Source: Vicinamibacterales bacterium (GTDB lineage: Bacteria > Acidobacteriota > Vicinamibacteria > Vicinamibacterales > 2-12-FULL-66-21). Taken from it: a DNA stretch of 64,000 bases. The notes beneath the pieces are model-generated. The model was not told where the DNA came from. It was given only the letters and a program-made list of their open reading frames with translations, and searched no databases. This document shows positions 61,646 to 64,000 of this stretch, piece after piece. Position 1 is the stretch's first letter. Each line of letters begins with the position of its first letter. Location of the stretch: positions 47,038 to 111,037 of the forward strand of contig DASPFV010000245.1 in the NCBI GenBank assembly GCA_035620975.1, written 5' to 3'. A program made the position numbers and the translations under genes.

Positions 61646-61693
61646 GAGCGCGATCCGCAGCGAGATGACTCTTGCACCGAGAACGGGGACTTC

Positions 61694-61757
61694 GGCCAGA
61701 CCCAGCCCTGGCCAGAACCCAGCCCTGGCCAGAGCCCAGAGCCGAGAGCCCTGAGCC
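61694..61757. repeat. 16/17-nt tandem repeat GGCCAGA(A)CCCAGCCCT x2.5, decaying into 7-mers (CAGAGCC GAGAGCC CTGAGCC)
   Basis: Read directly. It contains the 8-nt palindrome CTGGCCAG twice and sits in the 120-nt spacer between the SSS stop and the aguA start. Confidence 0.85.
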
Positions 61758-61765
61758 GCTCTTGT

Positions 61766-63472
61766 TCACATCCTCAGCATCAGCGCCGTCGCCGCGACCA
61801 GCACGATGACCAGCACCCAGCCGAGCGCGAAGCCGCCGAGATCGTCCCGATACACCCGCCAGCCGCGCCCAGCGGCTGCACGGGCGGGCCGCAGGAGGTT
61901 GACGAGCAGCAGTGGCTGCGTCGTCCCGCGGGAGGCGGCCGGCGTTTCAGCCGCCGCCGCGGCGCGTCCGTGGACGACAGCGGAGTCGCCGTCGCTCGAC
62001 GTCTGCAACCTGTCGAAGAAGGCCGCCATCTTGTCCCGGGGCTCGGGCTCGGTGAGCAGACTGACCACTACGAGCGCGACGCTTCCCACAGCCAGCGCGG
62101 CGAGGAACACGTTGGGATCCCAGTGATCCAGCCGCTGGCCCGTCAGGTAATACAGCAGGAAATTCGTGGCGAGCGAGCTGAGCAGGCTCGCCAGGGCACC
62201 CCATCGATTCGCCCGGGGCCAGAGGATGCCGCCGAGCACGCTGATGCCGACGTAGGTGGCCAGCGTTTCGGTCAGCAGGAAGGTGTAGAGCACGCTCTCG
62301 ATCAGGAACAGCGAGTACAGGACGCCCAGCATCGTGATGAGGAAGCCGCTGAAGCGGCCCACCCACAGGTAGTGCCGGTCCGCACGGCCCGGCGCCAGAC
62401 GCTGCCGGTACAGGCCCTCGGTGAACAGGGCGCCGCTGTCCACGAGGAACGCGGAGCACGTCGACATGTTGGCGGCCAGAATGGCGGCGACCATCAGCCC
62501 GAGGGCGCCGGGGAAGAGCAGGTAGCGGCAGGCGAAGCCGAACGCGTTTTCGGGGTCGTTCATCACCGCAGCCTCGGCATGACCCTGCGCGATCATCGCC
62601 GCGACGATCAGGCCGACCAGGGCCCAGCCCACTGTGCAGACCCGCTTGATGAAGTTGCCGAAGAACATCCCGATGCGGCACGTGCGCTCGTCGCGTCCGG
62701 TGCCCACCGCGGCGAGCTGGTGCGGCTGGGCCATGATCCCCACCAGGCCGTTGATCGTGAGCATCGCGATCGCCCAGGGCCCGATGCCCGAGGGTGTGGC
62801 CAGCGAGAAGTAGAACGGCTGCAGCGAGGCCTGCATGCCGTCGAGGCCTCCCACGACGCCCCAGCCGAGCGGGATCAGGAGAAAGGACAGCGTGAGGATG
62901 AGCAGACCCTGGAACAGATCCGTCCAGGCGGCCGCGACCAGCCCTCCGACGAAGCTGTACAGCATGAACATGACCGTCATGGCCACGACGATCTCGTTCA
63001 CCTCGAGCCCGCCGCCGGTCGCCTGGCTGATCACCTTGCCCGCGCCCTTCAGCATGCTGCCCATGTTGATGACGAAGTAGCAGAGCGCGAACACGATATA
63101 GAGGCCGGCCATCCAGGACCCATAGCGGTCCTCCGTGAACTCGGCCATCGTGGTCCGGCGCACGCGGCGGAAGACCGGCGCCATGATCCAGTAGAACGGC
63201 GTAATGAAGAGGTTCTTCCACTGGAACCAGATAGCCGAGGCCCCCACCCCGTAGACCGCTCCAGCCAGGGCCACCGGCATCTCGGCGTGCGTGCCGACCC
63301 CGAAGCTCTGGCCCATCATCAGCCAGGGACCGAAGCGCCGTCCCCCGAGGAAGAAGTCGCCGCTGTACCGGACGCGGTACCCCACGATCAGGCCGATCGC
63401 GGTAATGGTGATCAAATAGAGGATGATGACGACCCAGTCGAGGGTGGCAATGTCCATAGGCGTGGCGGACAC
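61766..63472 (-). CDS. Sodium:solute symporter (SSS family)
   Basis: Polytopic. FFLGGRRFGPWLM, the usual SSS N-terminal pattern. The start could be MDIATL (63457). Confidence 0.85.
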   Translation of the reverse strand: MSATPMDIATLDWVVIILYLITITAIGLIVGYRVRYSGDFFLGGRRFGPWLMMGQSFGVGTHAEMPVALAGAVYGVGASAIWFQWKNLFITPFYWIMAPVFRRVRRTTMAEFTEDRYGSWMAGLYIVFALCYFVINMGSMLKGAGKVISQATGGGLEVNEIVVAMTVMFMLYSFVGGLVAAAWTDLFQGLLILTLSFLLIPLGWGVVGGLDGMQASLQPFYFSLATPSGIGPWAIAMLTINGLVGIMAQPHQLAAVGTGRDERTCRIGMFFGNFIKRVCTVGWALVGLIVAAMIAQGHAEAAVMNDPENAFGFACRYLLFPGALGLMVAAILAANMSTCSAFLVDSGALFTEGLYRQRLAPGRADRHYLWVGRFSGFLITMLGVLYSLFLIESVLYTFLLTETLATYVGISVLGGILWPRANRWGALASLLSSLATNFLLYYLTGQRLDHWDPNVFLAALAVGSVALVVVSLLTEPEPRDKMAAFFDRLQTSSDGDSAVVHGRAAAAAETPAASRGTTQPLLLVNLLRPARAAAGRGWRVYRDDLGGFALGWVLVIVLVAATALMLRM

Positions 63473-63507
63473 TATATCCGCACGAGGCCGGGTTTCCGAA
63501 GCACCCG

Positions 63508-63525
63508 CCCCGCGGAACCGCGGGG
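63508..63525. promoter_or_regulatory. Perfect inverted repeat CCCCGCGG-aa-CCGCGGGG just upstream of the DUF411 start
   Basis: Read directly. It lies in the 57-nt divergent spacer, 4 nt before ATG 63530. Confidence 0.4.
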
Positions 63526-63529
63526 TATC

Positions 63530-64000
63530 ATGGACCTCATGACTCCTCCGCTGTTCAGGCCTGCCCTCACCACGGCGTGCCTTCTCGCCCTGGCGTCACT
63601 TGGCGTCGGCGCCCAGGCCGGCAAGCCCGCCGCCAAGCCGCCGACGGCCGCCGTGTATCTGAGCCCGACCTGTGGCTGCTGCAGCAAATGGGTGGAGCAC
63701 CTCAAGGCCGCGGGCTTCGCCGTCACGAGCACCGTGACCCCCGATCTCGAGTCGGTGCCGGCCCGGCTCCGCGTGCCCGAGCGGCTGAAGTCCTGCCACA
63801 CTGCCGTGGTGGGGTCCTATCTCGTGGAAGGCCACATCCCTGCCGATGTCGTCCAGCGCCTGCTGCGCGAGCGTCCGGCGATCGAGGGCATCGCGGTTCC
63901 TGGCATGCCGATCGGCTCACCCGGAATGGAAGGTCCGAATCCCCAGCCTTACATCATCGTGGCGTTCAGGAAGGACGGCACGGTCTACGAATTCGCGCGG
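63530..64000 (+). CDS. DUF411 (CopG-like) periplasmic metal-binding protein, 3' end outside the window
   Basis: My own translation: MDLMTPPLFRPALTTACLLALASLGVGAQA (signal), VYLSPTCGCCSKW, KSCHTAVV..YLVEGHIP, GIAVPGMPIGSPGME. Not in the track because the frame is open at the window edge. Confidence 0.8.
   Translation, partial: MDLMTPPLFRPALTTACLLALASLGVGAQAGKPAAKPPTAAVYLSPTCGCCSKWVEHLKAAGFAVTSTVTPDLESVPARLRVPERLKSCHTAVVGSYLVEGHIPADVVQRLLRERPAIEGIAVPGMPIGSPGMEGPNPQPYIIVAFRKDGTVYEFAR

Noticed and set aside
1-64000. CRISPR arrays, rRNA, IS elements, integrases, toxin-antitoxin or recognisable defence-system genes
   Set aside because: I scanned by eye for regularly spaced 25-40-nt repeats, transposase or integrase motifs (DDE, R-H-R-Y) and typical defence ATPase or nuclease signatures, and found none. 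The only repeats are the short intergenic and intragenic ones reported.

Overview
About 64 kb of high-GC (roughly 68-70% by eye) bacterial chromosome, densely coding on both strands. I call about 55 genes. No rRNA, tRNA, CRISPR array or recognisable transposase/integrase was seen. All family assignments come from motifs I recognise in the supplied translations; no searches were run. The likely source is an Acidobacteriota-like genome: it has a TIGR03436-style VWA protein, a PadR + 'ADOP' duplicated MacB-like permease pair, and many exported proteins. Contents in order: (1) TPR lipoprotein, cytoplasmic clostripain-like C11 peptidase, PP2C phosphatase + STAS partner-switch pair, lgt, and a VWA protein. 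(2) A four-gene envelope-glycosylation-type cluster: a GT2::methyltransferase fusion plus three very large GT-C-like membrane proteins. (3) YihY/BrkB and a protein made of eight 22-residue repeats. (4) A selenocysteine formate dehydrogenase operon (FdhA with in-frame TGA plus SECIS hairpin, a 4Fe-4S subunit, an NrfD-type anchor). (5) Three decayed genes (a DUF21/CorC remnant, a frameshifted ChaB, and further downstream a multiply frameshifted cysteine-synthase-like gene). (6) A sigma-54/GAF-activator-controlled operon (PoxB-like ThDP enzyme, enolase-superfamily enzyme, YdiJ-like FAD/Fe-S dehydrogenase) with a near-consensus -24/-12 promoter. (7) A caa3-type cytochrome oxidase cluster (subunit II-cyt c, fused I+III, small TM protein, CtaG, tri-haem cytochrome c), tightly linked to a CaCA antiporter. 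(8) A stress-type region (receiver domain apparently lacking the acceptor Asp, Crp/Fnr, PRC-barrel, 4xBON lipoprotein). (9) An amino-sugar operon (Gfo/Idh/MocA, PIG-L deacetylase, NagB-like). (10) PadR-ADOP, a beta-lactamase-family hydrolase, a bacterial SET-domain protein, a glucuronoxylan set (CE15 esterase, GH67 alpha-glucuronidase, SSS transporter), and a DUF411 copper-type protein. No single obvious novel system such as a defence island stands out. The best candidates for something undescribed are the GT2::MT + 3xGT-C cluster, the 22-residue repeat protein, the sigma-54 'racemase / 2-hydroxyacid dehydrogenase / ThDP' operon, the C11 peptidase with its hexapeptide-repeat tail, and a family of short CCWGG/GGTTC-rich tandem repeats confined to low-GC intergenic spacers. 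Many long ORFs in the track are Arg/Ala/Pro/Gly-rich shadow frames of real genes and were rejected.
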